Positions 50,610 through 61,307 of a stretch of 64,000 nucleotides of DNA are shown in pieces. The stretch is from contig CANHGM010000001.1 in assembly GCA_947460345.1 (NCBI GenBank), positions 132,744-196,743 on the forward strand. Reading direction: 5' to 3'. How positions within the stretch are numbered: position 1 is the first letter of the stretch; each line of letters opens with the position of its first letter. The position numbers and the translations under genes are program-made. The notes under the pieces were generated by a model. The model made no database searches and was not told the origin of the DNA. It saw nothing but the letters and a program-made list of their open reading frames with translations. This stretch comes from Bacteroidota bacterium (lineage in GTDB: Bacteria; Bacteroidota; Bacteroidia; UKL13-3).

Positions 50610-53051
50610 ATGAAAAAAATATATGCCCTATTAATGCTTACATGCTTTATATATCAAGCAAAAGCACAGACAATTGGAAGTTATGATTGCTATGTTAAAG
50701 ACAACAGTCATACCCGTGAACATCCTGTAGATTTTATAAAAATGATAGTTGATGTGTCATTTGAACCAAAAAATGGTTTAGTTAAAGGTAAAGTGGACCA
50801 TATATTTACACCACTACAACAAAAGGTAGACTCCATATTTTTTGACGGACCGGGTATAAGAATAAGTAAAGCATTATTAGATGGTAAAGAACTAAAATAT
50901 TCTTCCAATGCTACTGGTATAGTAGTTTACCCAATAGGGTTAATTTGGGATAAAACATATAAAATAACTTTTGAATATGAGGCAAACCCTAAAAAAGGAA
51001 TCTATTTTATTGGTTGGAATGACAATGTAACCAATGAAAAATTAAAAGAATTAGGACATATAAGAGAACAAATATGGACTCAAGGTCAAGGCACTGACAA
51101 CAGGTATTGGATACCAAGTTATGACGAGCATAATGATAAAGTAATTACAGAAACATATATAACTTTTAATAAAGAATTCAATGTGTTATCAAACGGTGTT
51201 TTAAAAGAAAAGAAAGAGAACAAAGATGGAACATATACATGGCATTATGCTATGAGCAAACCACATGCAAACTATCTTTTAATGGTAGCTATAGATAAAT
51301 TTGCGGTTAAAAAAACAACCAGCAAAAGAGGCGTACCGGTTCAGTTTTGGTATTATCCTGAGTTTCCTGAAAGAGTAGGTCCAAGTAGTTTATATACCGA
51401 AGAAATGGTAGATTTTATGGAAGAAGAATTAGGTGTAAATTATCCATGGGAGTCGTATAGTCAAGTAATGGTTCAAGACTTTATATATGGAGCTATGGAA
51501 AATACAACAGCTACTATATTTGGAGATTTTTTTAATGTAAATTCAAGAGCATTCTTAGATCGCAACTATTTAGGAGTAAACATGCATGAGTTCACCCACC
51601 AATGGTTTGGCGATTTGATAACAGCCAGAAGCTACAACAATCAATGGCTTCAAGAAAGTTTTGCCACTCATTATCCTAAATATTTTTTTAGAAAAATTTA
51701 TGGTGAAGATTATTTTCAATGGCAAAGAAGACTTGAACTCAATAGTATTTTAGATGCAGAAAAAAACAACAGGTTACCAATAGTAAATACTACAAGTGGC
51801 ACAACCAGAGTATACCAAAAAGGATCGGCAGTCATTGACATGCTTAGATATGTATTAGGTAATGATCAATTTAAAAGAATGATTACGTATTATCTTAAAA
51901 AGCATGATTATAAAAATGTAGAAACAAATGATTTAGAAGTATCCATTCACGAAAGTTCAGGAAGAACATTAGATTGGTTTTTTGACCAATGGTGTTATAG
52001 AGGCGGTGTTCCTGCCTATGAAGTTCAAAAACAAATATATACAAGTGATAATAATGAGTATATAAGGTTTGATATAAAACAAACACATGCTATAGAAGAT
52101 GTGGTTGGCTATTTTAAAATGCCAGTGGTGTTTGATATATACTATAAAGATGGAACAAAAACATCAGAAACACATTGGATTGAAGGTGCTGAAACTATCA
52201 TCCACATTAAAAAAGATAAAGATAAAGATATTGCTTTTTGCTTGTTTGACCCCAATTCACAAATTGTTAAAACTATTAATTTTAAGAAATCAACTGCAGA
52301 GCTTTTAGAACAACTAAAAACAGCTGAGCATATGATTGATAGATATGATGCTTTACTTGCTTTAAAAGATGTTAAAATAGAAGAAAAAAGAGAAACCTTG
52401 TATCGTATATATGACAATGAAACATTTTATGCCATGCGTGTTGAGATAATAAATCAATTAGCAAAAGATAAAGACCCACATAGTGTCATAGTAATTGAAA
52501 AAGGATTAGAAGACAAACAAGTTCAAGTAAGACAAGCTGCAATAAATGTAATTGATGAAGTAAATGCTCAACAAAAAACACTTTTAATAAAAATGCTTAA
52601 TGACTCGTCGTATAGTATCATCGAGAGTGTATTAGAGAAATTGTCAAATATCTATCCTAACGAAACCCAACAATGGTTAGAAATAACTAAAAATGAATAT
52701 GGAATGGCCAATGCTTTAAAAATAAAATGGCTTTATATATCTTATTTAAATGGAAACAAAGTAGCATTAGACCAACTTATTGAATATGCATCTAGTAACT
52801 ATGAATTTAGAACCAGAATAAATGCAATGAATGCTATTAAAACATTAGGAGTAGTAAATCAAAGCATGCTTAAAAATATTTTCAATGCAACATTATCTTG
52901 GAACAGCAGATTAGCTGGGCCCGCTAATGAAGCATTGAGCCAATTAAGTATGAATGTGGTGAACAAAAAAGCCATTAGCGATTTTTTCAAAACAAATTCG
53001 TGGACCGAAAAAGAAAGAGAATTAATTAAAGAAAAGGGGTTAAAATATTAA
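50610..53051 (+). CDS. M1 family aminopeptidase with C-terminal HEAT-like repeats
   Basis: GAMEN, HEFTHQWFG-X-E zinc motif and YQKG. Confidence 0.93.
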   Translation: MKKIYALLMLTCFIYQAKAQTIGSYDCYVKDNSHTREHPVDFIKMIVDVSFEPKNGLVKGKVDHIFTPLQQKVDSIFFDGPGIRISKALLDGKELKYSSNATGIVVYPIGLIWDKTYKITFEYEANPKKGIYFIGWNDNVTNEKLKELGHIREQIWTQGQGTDNRYWIPSYDEHNDKVITETYITFNKEFNVLSNGVLKEKKENKDGTYTWHYAMSKPHANYLLMVAIDKFAVKKTTSKRGVPVQFWYYPEFPERVGPSSLYTEEMVDFMEEELGVNYPWESYSQVMVQDFIYGAMENTTATIFGDFFNVNSRAFLDRNYLGVNMHEFTHQWFGDLITARSYNNQWLQESFATHYPKYFFRKIYGEDYFQWQRRLELNSILDAEKNNRLPIVNTTSGTTRVYQKGSAVIDMLRYVLGNDQFKRMITYYLKKHDYKNVETNDLEVSIHESSGRTLDWFFDQWCYRGGVPAYEVQKQIYTSDNNEYIRFDIKQTHAIEDVVGYFKMPVVFDIYYKDGTKTSETHWIEGAETIIHIKKDKDKDIAFCLFDPNSQIVKTINFKKSTAELLEQLKTAEHMIDRYDALLALKDVKIEEKRETLYRIYDNETFYAMRVEIINQLAKDKDPHSVIVIEKGLEDKQVQVRQAAINVIDEVNAQQKTLLIKMLNDSSYSIIESVLEKLSNIYPNETQQWLEITKNEYGMANALKIKWLYISYLNGNKVALDQLIEYASSNYEFRTRINAMNAIKTLGVVNQSMLKNIFNATLSWNSRLAGPANEALSQLSMNVVNKKAISDFFKTNSWTEKERELIKEKGLKY

Positions 53052-53079
53052 TTACTTTTGTCATCATATTCATTAACCA

Positions 53080-53268
53080 ATGAAAAAAACATTTTGTATG
53101 TATATTTTTACACTGATGGTTTTTATTTCTTGTTCTGAATCAAAGGAAGAAACAACAGAAACAAATGCACCAACAGAAAAAGAAATAAAAAAATCAGATT
53201 CATTAGTTAATAATGACAAACAAAGAACAGACTCGATGATGAATGCTTTAAAAGAAAAATTAAAATAA
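53080..53268 (+). CDS. Small hypothetical lipoprotein
   Basis: Lipobox FISC followed by a charged tail, in line with the operon. Confidence 0.65.
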   Translation: MKKTFCMYIFTLMVFISCSESKEETTETNAPTEKEIKKSDSLVNNDKQRTDSMMNALKEKLK

Positions 53269-53278
53269 ATATACCGTT

Positions 53279-54316
53279 TTGAAAGTACTTGTAACCGGTG
53301 GAATAGGATATATTGGAAGTCATACAGTAGTATGTTTGCTAGAACAAGGATACGAGGTAGTTATAGCTGACAATTTAAGTAACTCTCATGGTTTTATTCT
53401 TGAGCATATAGTTGAAATAGCAGGAAAAAAACCTTCGTTTTATCAAATAAATATATGTGATGAAGAGGCTTTAGATTTATTGTTTGAGAAAGAAAAAAAC
53501 ATAGAGGCAGTCATTCACTTTGCTGCATACAAGGCTGTAGGAGAATCAGTTTTGGACCCACTTAAATATTATAAAAACAATATTAATGGGTTAGTAACAT
53601 TGCTTCAAGTGATGCAAAAAAGACATTGTTTTAAAATAGTATTCTCCTCATCATGCAGTGTCTATGGCAATACTCAAGTACTTCCAGTTACAGAGGAAAC
53701 ACCATTTATGTTAGCTGAATCACCCTATGGTAATACTAAACAAATAGGAGAAGAAATATTAAAAGATGTATCGCTTACAAGCAATCTTCACGCTATTGCA
53801 CTAAGATATTTTAATCCGGTAGGTGCACATCAAAGTGGATTGTTAGGTGAATTGCCCATAGGAGTGCCCAATAATTTAATCCCAGTTATCACTCAAAGTG
53901 CAGCAGGATTAAGAGGGAATATTACAGTATATGGAAATGATTATGACACCATAGATGGAACATGTATAAGAGATTATATACATGTGATAGATATAGCTGA
54001 AGCACATGTAAAAGCTATCGAATGGAATGATTTTGAAAAGCAAAATTTCGAAATATTTAATTTAGGAAGTGGGACAGGCACATCAGTATTGCAAGCTATA
54101 AATGCTTTTGAAAAAGCTACAGGATTAAAACTAAATTATAATATAGGACCAAGAAGAGAAGGTGATGTAGAAAAAATTTGGAGTGACTGTCTAAAATCAA
54201 ATCAAAAACTAGGTTGGAAAACCAAACTTATCATAGAAGATGCTATGCTCAGTTCATGGAATTGGCAAAAACTAATACCAATTTATGCAAAAAAACATCA
54301 AATTACTTTTAAATAA
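53279..54316 (+). CDS. galE: UDP-glucose 4-epimerase
   Basis: GGIGYIGSHT, HFAAYKAVGES, YGNTK, LRYFNP.GAH and DGTCIRDYIHV motifs. Confidence 0.96.
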   Translation: MKVLVTGGIGYIGSHTVVCLLEQGYEVVIADNLSNSHGFILEHIVEIAGKKPSFYQINICDEEALDLLFEKEKNIEAVIHFAAYKAVGESVLDPLKYYKNNINGLVTLLQVMQKRHCFKIVFSSSCSVYGNTQVLPVTEETPFMLAESPYGNTKQIGEEILKDVSLTSNLHAIALRYFNPVGAHQSGLLGELPIGVPNNLIPVITQSAAGLRGNITVYGNDYDTIDGTCIRDYIHVIDIAEAHVKAIEWNDFEKQNFEIFNLGSGTGTSVLQAINAFEKATGLKLNYNIGPRREGDVEKIWSDCLKSNQKLGWKTKLIIEDAMLSSWNWQKLIPIYAKKHQITFK

Positions 54317-54319
54317 AAA

Positions 54320-54607
54320 ATGAATTTTATACACAGAAACAAATTATATATTGGGATTATTTTTGGTGCTATCTTACCATGGATTACGTATTTTCTTTTA
54401 AATTTTATATATGATCAACTTAGAAGTCCATCGCCTATTGATCCATATAGAGAAGCTTTATTAATTGAAAGAATTTCTATCTTTGGCAATTTAATTGGTT
54501 TTTATTATTTCTTAAATAAAGGACACTACAGAAGTGTTAGAGGAATTGTTGTAATGACATTTATATATGCAGCAGCTTATGGTATTGTGTTTATGAACAG
54601 ACCATGA
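54320..54607 (+). CDS. Small hypothetical membrane protein
   Basis: Three hydrophobic segments. ATGA overlap with the next gene. Confidence 0.65.
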   Translation: MNFIHRNKLYIGIIFGAILPWITYFLLNFIYDQLRSPSPIDPYREALLIERISIFGNLIGFYYFLNKGHYRSVRGIVVMTFIYAAAYGIVFMNRP

Positions 54608-55917
54608 CCATTAAAAAACATATATTAATTATTACTTATTATTGGCCACCAAGTGGCGGTCCGGCTGTACAAAGATGGCTTAGTTATTCTGCATATTTAA
54701 AAAAAGCAGGATTTGAAGTATCTATTTTAACAGTTGATGAAAATTATGCTAGTTTCCCTTCAATAGATTTAAGTTTAAACACCCAAATAGAAGAAGGAAT
54801 AAATGTATACAAAACAAAAACCAAAGAAGTTTTTAATTTATATAAAAAAACCATTGGACGTGGGCAAGTACCTAGCAGTGCCTTTGCTAATGAAAGCAAC
54901 CCTGGACCGTTAAAAAAAATAGCTAGATTTATTAGAGGAAATTTTTTTATTCCTGATGCACGTAAAGCCTGGAATAAATATGCTTTACCTAAAGCTAAAC
55001 AAATTATATATGACCACAAGGTTGACGTTGTTATTACCGCCGGCCCTCCACATTCTACCCATTTAATGGGTTTAAAAATAAAAAAAGCATTTCCCCATAT
55101 ATATTGGATAGCTGATTTTCACGATGCATGGACAGATATTATTTTTTATAAAGAACTTTTTCATACCAAAATAGCTGCTTTAATTGATGCTTCTCTCGAA
55201 AAGAAAGTACTAGATAAAAGTGATCATGTATTAACTGTAGGAGAAAATTGGATTCAAAAATTTTGTAGTAAATCAGTTAATCTTAAACCTTCTAAATTTC
55301 ATATCTTAAGAATGGCATTTGACGAAAATAAATTTTTAGATTCAACCCCTAAACATAGAGAGCCTAAAAATCATCTAACCTTTGCATACACAGGAACCAT
55401 AAGTGACAATTACCATCCAGAGGTATTTATAGATGCTTTAGTAGCAATTAAATTAGAACATCCTGCCTTTGATTTTACTTTGCAATTTGCGGGTATCTTA
55501 GCTGAAAATATAAGAACATATATAATTAAAGCTGGACTTGAAAAAAACCTACAAGAGTTGGGTTATTTACCACATTCACAGTCTATTCAGCTTCTAAAAT
55601 CTGCAGATGTATTGCTGCTAGTAAACCCCAAAATAGAACAAGAAGACATGGTAATACCAGGAAAAATTTACGAATATTTGGCTGCTAAAAGAGTTATTAT
55701 CAATATCACCAACAAAACATGTGAAACAGCAAACTTGATCAAATTCTGTGATAGTGGTGATACATTTGAACGAAATGAAACTGACCGACTCAAGAATTAT
55801 ATATATAAAATATGGCTTAATCAGAGTGAACATACTTTTATAAAAGAAAACATCTATAGCTTTTCTAAAGATAAGCAATCATCTAGTTTTATATCATTCT
55901 TAAGAGAAATTAATTAA
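54604..55917 (+). CDS. Glycosyltransferase family 4 protein
   Basis: ITYYWPPSGG..VQRW, GPPHS.HL, WIADFHD.W and PGKIYEYL motifs. Confidence 0.9.
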   Translation: MTIKKHILIITYYWPPSGGPAVQRWLSYSAYLKKAGFEVSILTVDENYASFPSIDLSLNTQIEEGINVYKTKTKEVFNLYKKTIGRGQVPSSAFANESNPGPLKKIARFIRGNFFIPDARKAWNKYALPKAKQIIYDHKVDVVITAGPPHSTHLMGLKIKKAFPHIYWIADFHDAWTDIIFYKELFHTKIAALIDASLEKKVLDKSDHVLTVGENWIQKFCSKSVNLKPSKFHILRMAFDENKFLDSTPKHREPKNHLTFAYTGTISDNYHPEVFIDALVAIKLEHPAFDFTLQFAGILAENIRTYIIKAGLEKNLQELGYLPHSQSIQLLKSADVLLLVNPKIEQEDMVIPGKIYEYLAAKRVIINITNKTCETANLIKFCDSGDTFERNETDRLKNYIYKIWLNQSEHTFIKENIYSFSKDKQSSSFISFLREIN

Positions 55918-56008
55918 TTTTTATTCAATCAATTTTTAATTCATTTTACATTTGCTTATACAATATCTATTAGTAACCATCTTGGCTTCATAGTCGTTAT
56001 ATACTCTC

Positions 56009-56803
56009 TTGATAACACATCACAAAAAATATAATCTTACTGCATTCAAAAATGTATATATACTGTTTTTTTGTTTAATCTATTGTATTTCAGCAAACGC
56101 ACAAATTATAATTTCAGGAAAAACTATTAGAAAAGACAGTACATTTTACAATATAGACCAAGTGATGGTCATTAACAAAAGAACTAACACAGGTGTATTT
56201 AGTGATATAAAAGGTAATTTTACAATAAATGCTGACAGCCATACTGTTATTATATTTAAAAAATTAGGCTTTGAGACAGACACATTAAAAGTGTGGAATT
56301 CTTGGAATCTAATCAAAAATAATAGAATTTATATCGATATATATATGAAAGTTAAACCTATAATGTTGCCTTCATTTACTTTCAATTACAAACATGTTTC
56401 GATAGACCCAGTTGAACGAAGAAAAGAGTGGTCATATGTACTTGACAGGTCACATGCTTCAGCACAAAGCCCTATTACAGCTTTATATCAACAATTCAGT
56501 AAAAAAGGTAAAGAACTACGTAAGCTCGAAGCATTATATTATGAAGATGAAAAACGAAGATATATGGAAGAACGATTTAGTCGTTTTAAAGCTGTTTTGC
56601 TCACTGGATTAGCGGGTAAAGATTTAGATGGTTTTTTATTTTTCTGTAGACCAAGTTATGAATTGATGATGATGTATAATGACTATGAATTGTATACCAG
56701 AATAAACCAATGCTATGAAGAATACAAATTGCTACATCCAGAAATTTTAGATAGAATTAATTATAAAAGAAGAGTAACAGATTCAACAGATATAGTTAAA
56801 TGA
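56009..56803 (+). CDS. Exported hypothetical protein with carboxypeptidase-regulatory-like N-terminal domain
   Basis: Signal peptide, V.N.....G..SD..G.F.I.......I.F..LG, and the Bacteroidota motif SPITALY..FSK.GKE.RKL. Confidence 0.7.
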   Translation: MITHHKKYNLTAFKNVYILFFCLIYCISANAQIIISGKTIRKDSTFYNIDQVMVINKRTNTGVFSDIKGNFTINADSHTVIIFKKLGFETDTLKVWNSWNLIKNNRIYIDIYMKVKPIMLPSFTFNYKHVSIDPVERRKEWSYVLDRSHASAQSPITALYQQFSKKGKELRKLEALYYEDEKRRYMEERFSRFKAVLLTGLAGKDLDGFLFFCRPSYELMMMYNDYELYTRINQCYEEYKLLHPEILDRINYKRRVTDSTDIVK

Positions 56804-57840
56804 ATATACCAATTAAGTTAACACAAATGACCAAAGGAAGTGGTTGTGGTTGTAAAATAGCCCCTGCTTTACTTCATGATATTTTAAGTAATGTTTCTGT
56901 TGCAGTCCCTAACAAAAAATTAATTGCAGGTTTTGAAACCAAAGATGACGCAGCAGTATATGAACTCGATGCCGATCATTATATAATTAGTACAGTAGAT
57001 TTTTTTACACCTGTGGTAGATGATGCTTTTCAATTTGGAAGAATAGCAGCTGCAAATGCAATAAGCGATGTATATGCCATGGGAGGCAATCCTATATTAG
57101 CTATTTCAATTCTTGGATTTCCATCAGAAAAACTAGAAAAAAGTATTGTTACCCAAATTCTAGAAGGTGGTAAAAGTATATGTGAAGAAGCGGGTATTAC
57201 AATTGCCGGTGGACATACAATTGAAAATCCGGAACCTTTTTTTGGTTTAAGTGTGACAGGCATAGTAAAAGCTAGAAATCTGAAACGCAATGTAGGTGCC
57301 AAATGTGGAGATAAAATATATATAACTAAACCATTAGGAATAGGTATATTAAATACAGCGATTAAGAGAGATATTGCCCAACCCGAACATATAGTATCTC
57401 ACATTGAAAATATGTCAAATTTAAATACAGCTGGACGTATGTTAGGAGAAAAACTATATGTGCACGCAATGACTGATATTACAGGGTTTGGAATGTTAGG
57501 GCACTTAATTGAAATGCTTGATGACCATCAAATTTCTGCAATGATAAATTTTAAAGATATTCCTATATATAGTTTTATAGACGAATACTTAAAACAAAAT
57601 TGTTTGCCTGATAATACTTATAGAAACTGGAATTCATATGAAAGTAAAGTTGAAGGCATTTCAAGTATGAAAGCATTTCAAATTTTAAATGACCCACAAA
57701 CCAATGGTGGACTAATGTTAGCGATAGCTGAAACGTCGACAAGCGATTTTGAGACTGACATGATAGCCAATGGATTTTATTTTAAAGAAATAGGAGCGTT
57801 TGTTGAAAAAAGAGATAAATATATAACGATTGTAGAATAG
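56800..57840 (+). CDS. selD: Selenide, water dikinase (selenophosphate synthetase, Cys-type)
   Basis: LTQ...GSGCGCKI, DDAAVY, TVDFFTP.VDD...FG.IAAANAISDVYAMGG, GGHT, TDITGFG.LGH and DPQTNGGL motifs. Confidence 0.96.
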   Translation: MNIPIKLTQMTKGSGCGCKIAPALLHDILSNVSVAVPNKKLIAGFETKDDAAVYELDADHYIISTVDFFTPVVDDAFQFGRIAAANAISDVYAMGGNPILAISILGFPSEKLEKSIVTQILEGGKSICEEAGITIAGGHTIENPEPFFGLSVTGIVKARNLKRNVGAKCGDKIYITKPLGIGILNTAIKRDIAQPEHIVSHIENMSNLNTAGRMLGEKLYVHAMTDITGFGMLGHLIEMLDDHQISAMINFKDIPIYSFIDEYLKQNCLPDNTYRNWNSYESKVEGISSMKAFQILNDPQTNGGLMLAIAETSTSDFETDMIANGFYFKEIGAFVEKRDKYITIVE

Positions 57841-57847
57841 ATATAAA

Positions 57848-59164
57848 CTATCTCAATGTAACAAATTTTTGGCTAAATTCAGAACCATCATTACATAAAA
57901 CCCTAACAATAAAAACTCCTGAAGGCCAATGAGGTACTGCAAATGTTAAGTGATCTTGGGTAAGGTTATTGTATGAAACCAAAACTTTCCCATATATATC
58001 AGTAAGCTGAACATCAAACTCATTAACTTCCGCACTTTTATCAATACTTACTTGAATTTGACCAAGAGAAGGATTAGGAGTAATGTTTATTCTATTGTTA
58101 TATGTAATAATATTATTAGAAGGTCTAAACAGCAAAGGCTCTACAGTAATATATTTAGTCAATGTTTTTGAAGCCATGCATCCTAATTCTTCATCATATA
58201 TATCAAGTGTAACTATATATGTGCCGGGGTTGGTATATATATGTTCAGGATTTGTTAGTAAAGAAGAATTACCATCACCAAAATTCCAAACGCTTTTTAT
58301 ACGTTTTCCTTTAGAGTAGTTAGCAAATAAGACTGCTGAAGGAACTATATTACTACTTTGGATAAAATCTGCTTCAACTTCTAATTTTTCAACTTGAGCA
58401 ATTAATGTATCGGTAGCAACACAACCATTAAGCTTATATAAATAAACCATTGTATGCTCGCCATTGCCAGCTAATTCAGGATAAAACATATTGCCTCTGA
58501 TACCTTTACCAAACCATTGGCCTCCAAATGGCTTTCCGTTAAGTTTAATCGCACCTGCATCAATACATGTTCTAAGGTCATTGCCTGCATTACAACTAAC
58601 AGTGTTTTCTATGGTTATTTTCCCATCGTATATAAACTGATCGCCACAAGAATTATTAGCATAAATTTTATATGAATATTTACCAGGCATGGTATAAGTG
58701 TGTCTGGCTTCAGAATCATGAATATCCATCATATCATCACCAGTCCATATAAAATTTAAATCGCTTGTATTACCTATAAATTTGGGTTTAAGAAGTACGT
58801 CCGAGCATTCTTTTATTTCACTTTCTACTTTAAGTAATACTGGCTTGGTATAATTATTATTAAAAGTTGAATCTAAAGTAACACTGCTACAATTGTTACC
58901 GATAACTATTTTGCAAACAACCAAAGAAGCATTCGTAAATCTAACAACTGTATCTAAAGAACCCATTTTGGTTTTGCCATTTATAGTCCATTGAACCCAT
59001 GGCGATGAACCATTTACTAACTCTATATGAAACTTGAACTGACCACAATTTAATTTTTGAATTCCTAAAACAGCATCAACAGGTATACAATCTGCTTTGC
59101 ATGTTGAAATTAAATTATAACTAAATACAACAATTAACAGGGATAAATTCAAAAATCTCTTCAT
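57848..59164 (-). CDS. PKD-domain protein with T9SS type A sorting domain
   Basis: Signal peptide from ATG 59164, PKD motif WNFGDG......NPEHIY..PG.Y.VTL, and a C-terminal PNPS...G..L...SG..IVRV CTD. Confidence 0.85.
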   Translation of the reverse strand: MKRFLNLSLLIVVFSYNLISTCKADCIPVDAVLGIQKLNCGQFKFHIELVNGSSPWVQWTINGKTKMGSLDTVVRFTNASLVVCKIVIGNNCSSVTLDSTFNNNYTKPVLLKVESEIKECSDVLLKPKFIGNTSDLNFIWTGDDMMDIHDSEARHTYTMPGKYSYKIYANNSCGDQFIYDGKITIENTVSCNAGNDLRTCIDAGAIKLNGKPFGGQWFGKGIRGNMFYPELAGNGEHTMVYLYKLNGCVATDTLIAQVEKLEVEADFIQSSNIVPSAVLFANYSKGKRIKSVWNFGDGNSSLLTNPEHIYTNPGTYIVTLDIYDEELGCMASKTLTKYITVEPLLFRPSNNIITYNNRINITPNPSLGQIQVSIDKSAEVNEFDVQLTDIYGKVLVSYNNLTQDHLTFAVPHWPSGVFIVRVLCNDGSEFSQKFVTLR

Positions 59165-59296
59165 ATTAAGATTGATATTTGTTAGATCAAATTTAGTTAT
59201 ATTTTTGAATAAAACAAATATAATTAATTTTTTTTGCCTAGGCAACTATTTAATTAAGATATTTGTCATAACTGAAGAAGGTATATAAAAAATATT

Positions 59297-59839
59297 ATGA
59301 CCGAGCAAGAAATAGTTGAAGGCTGCATAAGAGAAAACATTATTTTTCAAGAAAAACTATACAAAATGTTTTGTGGAAAAATGATGGGTGTATGTCTTCG
59401 CTATATGACAAGCAGAGAAGAAGCAGAGGATGTGTTGCAAGAAGGATTTATAAAGGTATTCGATAAAATCAAATCATTTAGAGCTGAAGGCCCAGTAGAA
59501 GCTTGGATAAGAAGAATAATTGTAAACTGTGCCCTAAACCATATCAGTAGAAACAAATGGCGAAACACTTCTGAAGATATAGACTCAGTAAATGAATACG
59601 AATTTGCAACAGCTGAGAGCATATCAGACAAAATGAATGCAAACGACTTGTTAAAAATAATTGAGAAGTTACCTACAGGATATAGAACAGTATTTAATTT
59701 ATTTGCCATAGAAGGTTATGGTCATAAAGAAATTGGAGAAATGCTTGGTATTTCTGAAAGTACTTCAAAAACACAATATTTAAAAGCCAGAAAATTTATA
59801 AGAGAACAAATTGAAGGCAAACAAAATTATCATGAATAA
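59297..59839 (+). CDS. ECF RNA polymerase sigma factor
   Basis: AEDVLQEGFIK.F...F......WIRRI.VN and LPTGYRTVFNL.AIEGY.HKEI..ML.ISE.TSK.Q motifs. Confidence 0.95.
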   Translation: MTEQEIVEGCIRENIIFQEKLYKMFCGKMMGVCLRYMTSREEAEDVLQEGFIKVFDKIKSFRAEGPVEAWIRRIIVNCALNHISRNKWRNTSEDIDSVNEYEFATAESISDKMNANDLLKIIEKLPTGYRTVFNLFAIEGYGHKEIGEMLGISESTSKTQYLKARKFIREQIEGKQNYHE

Positions 59840-61307
59840 AGAAAACAACTTTGAAGATGTATTTAAAAACGCTTTTGAAGGCTTTGAAGGTGAGCCATCA
59901 AAAGATGTTTGGAATACAATTGCTAAAGACAGGGAAATGAAACAAAATTTGGGGTTGGTTGAACAAACCCCAGAAAGTGTATTTTCTAAGGTCTTCAATA
60001 ATTTCACTTCAAATCCATCAAGTGGTGTTTGGTTTGGTATAAAAGATTTTTTAATCAAAAAAATGTTTTACCGCCGTTTAAAATACTTTTTGTTTTTCTT
60101 GTTGTTTGTTGGTGGCATTGCTACCTTGTATTTCAATATCGATTCTTCACCTGTTAAAAATTCATCTACACCTAAAAACAATAAAAAAGGTTTAGTTGAA
60201 AATAAAAAAACTATTGAAATTCCATTTGATAAAATTACATCAACCAACACACCTTCTATAATTTCAACAAATACATACAAACAAGTTCCAACAGAAGGCA
60301 ATGCTAAAGTTCAAAATATATCTTTAAACAAGACTAATAATAGTAAATATAACAACTCAAATGATTTAAACTTTACTTTAAAAGCAAATAGTTTAAATGT
60401 AAATAAAGAGCAATCGTCAGACAATGAAGTTTTGATTCAAGATAACTTAGAATTAACAAAAGATGAAAAAATATTGACTATTGATAGTGCTAATTTAATC
60501 CCAGTAAAAAATGATGGAGTTACTCAATCTTCAAAGACTAAAAGCTTAAAGAATAGCGAACAAAATAAAAACAATAAGAAAGTAAACAACTATGTAAAAT
60601 ATACAAAAGAAACAGATATTAATAACGAAGAATCAAAGTTTAAAATTGGTATCATGTCAGGAATAGATTATGGAAATTTTACATTAAAAGGTGGAAATGA
60701 AATATATAAAGATGTGAGGAAAAACCAAGAATTATTCAGACCAACATCTTTCCACAGTGGTATCACATTCTCATATATGATAAACGAACATTGGTATATA
60801 CAAGCAAATGGAGTTTTTGCTAACCAAGCCATGAATGTTGCTTACAACAAAAAAATAGTTAAACCAGATACTACAAGAGATGCTTTGGGTAATATAACAA
60901 AAATAGAAAACAAAGTACTATTTAATGTTGACACCAATACTCATTATGCATTTTCTACATTTGAAATTCCATTAATGATAGGATATAGGTTTGGAGATAA
61001 AAGATGGACATTCCATGCAATGGCAGGTCCTGAATGGAGCTTAATTTTAAGTAAAAGAGGAGGCATGTTGTCAGCAAGTTCAATGAAAGTTGAGTCTATT
61101 GAGAACAATAATATTCCAACAGTTAAACAAATATGGGGCATGTGGTTAGCCATGGGAGGTAGCTATCAAATGAGCCATCAATATAGTATCACTGTAGAAC
61201 CAATTTTCAGATATAAATTTAACTCAATATTTAATTCTACCTATCCTGTCAAACAATATAATTATGCAACCGGTATAAACTTAGGAATAAGATACCATTT
61301 TAATTAA
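59832..61307 (+). CDS. Putative anti-sigma factor fused to an outer-membrane beta-barrel (PorT-like) domain
   Basis: N-terminal F...F..FE.EPS..VW..I motif, a TM helix, an N/K/S-rich linker, and beta-strands ending GINLGIRYHFN. Overlaps the sigma gene stop. Confidence 0.7.
   Translation: MNKENNFEDVFKNAFEGFEGEPSKDVWNTIAKDREMKQNLGLVEQTPESVFSKVFNNFTSNPSSGVWFGIKDFLIKKMFYRRLKYFLFFLLFVGGIATLYFNIDSSPVKNSSTPKNNKKGLVENKKTIEIPFDKITSTNTPSIISTNTYKQVPTEGNAKVQNISLNKTNNSKYNNSNDLNFTLKANSLNVNKEQSSDNEVLIQDNLELTKDEKILTIDSANLIPVKNDGVTQSSKTKSLKNSEQNKNNKKVNNYVKYTKETDINNEESKFKIGIMSGIDYGNFTLKGGNEIYKDVRKNQELFRPTSFHSGITFSYMINEHWYIQANGVFANQAMNVAYNKKIVKPDTTRDALGNITKIENKVLFNVDTNTHYAFSTFEIPLMIGYRFGDKRWTFHAMAGPEWSLILSKRGGMLSASSMKVESIENNNIPTVKQIWGMWLAMGGSYQMSHQYSITVEPIFRYKFNSIFNSTYPVKQYNYATGINLGIRYHFN

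Noticed and set aside
54604-57840. GT4 plus selD as a selenoneine (senB/senC) cluster
   Set aside because: The glycosyltransferase has the ITYYWPP motif of a widespread Bacteroidota GT4 family, it is separated from selD by another gene, and no egtB-like senA is present.
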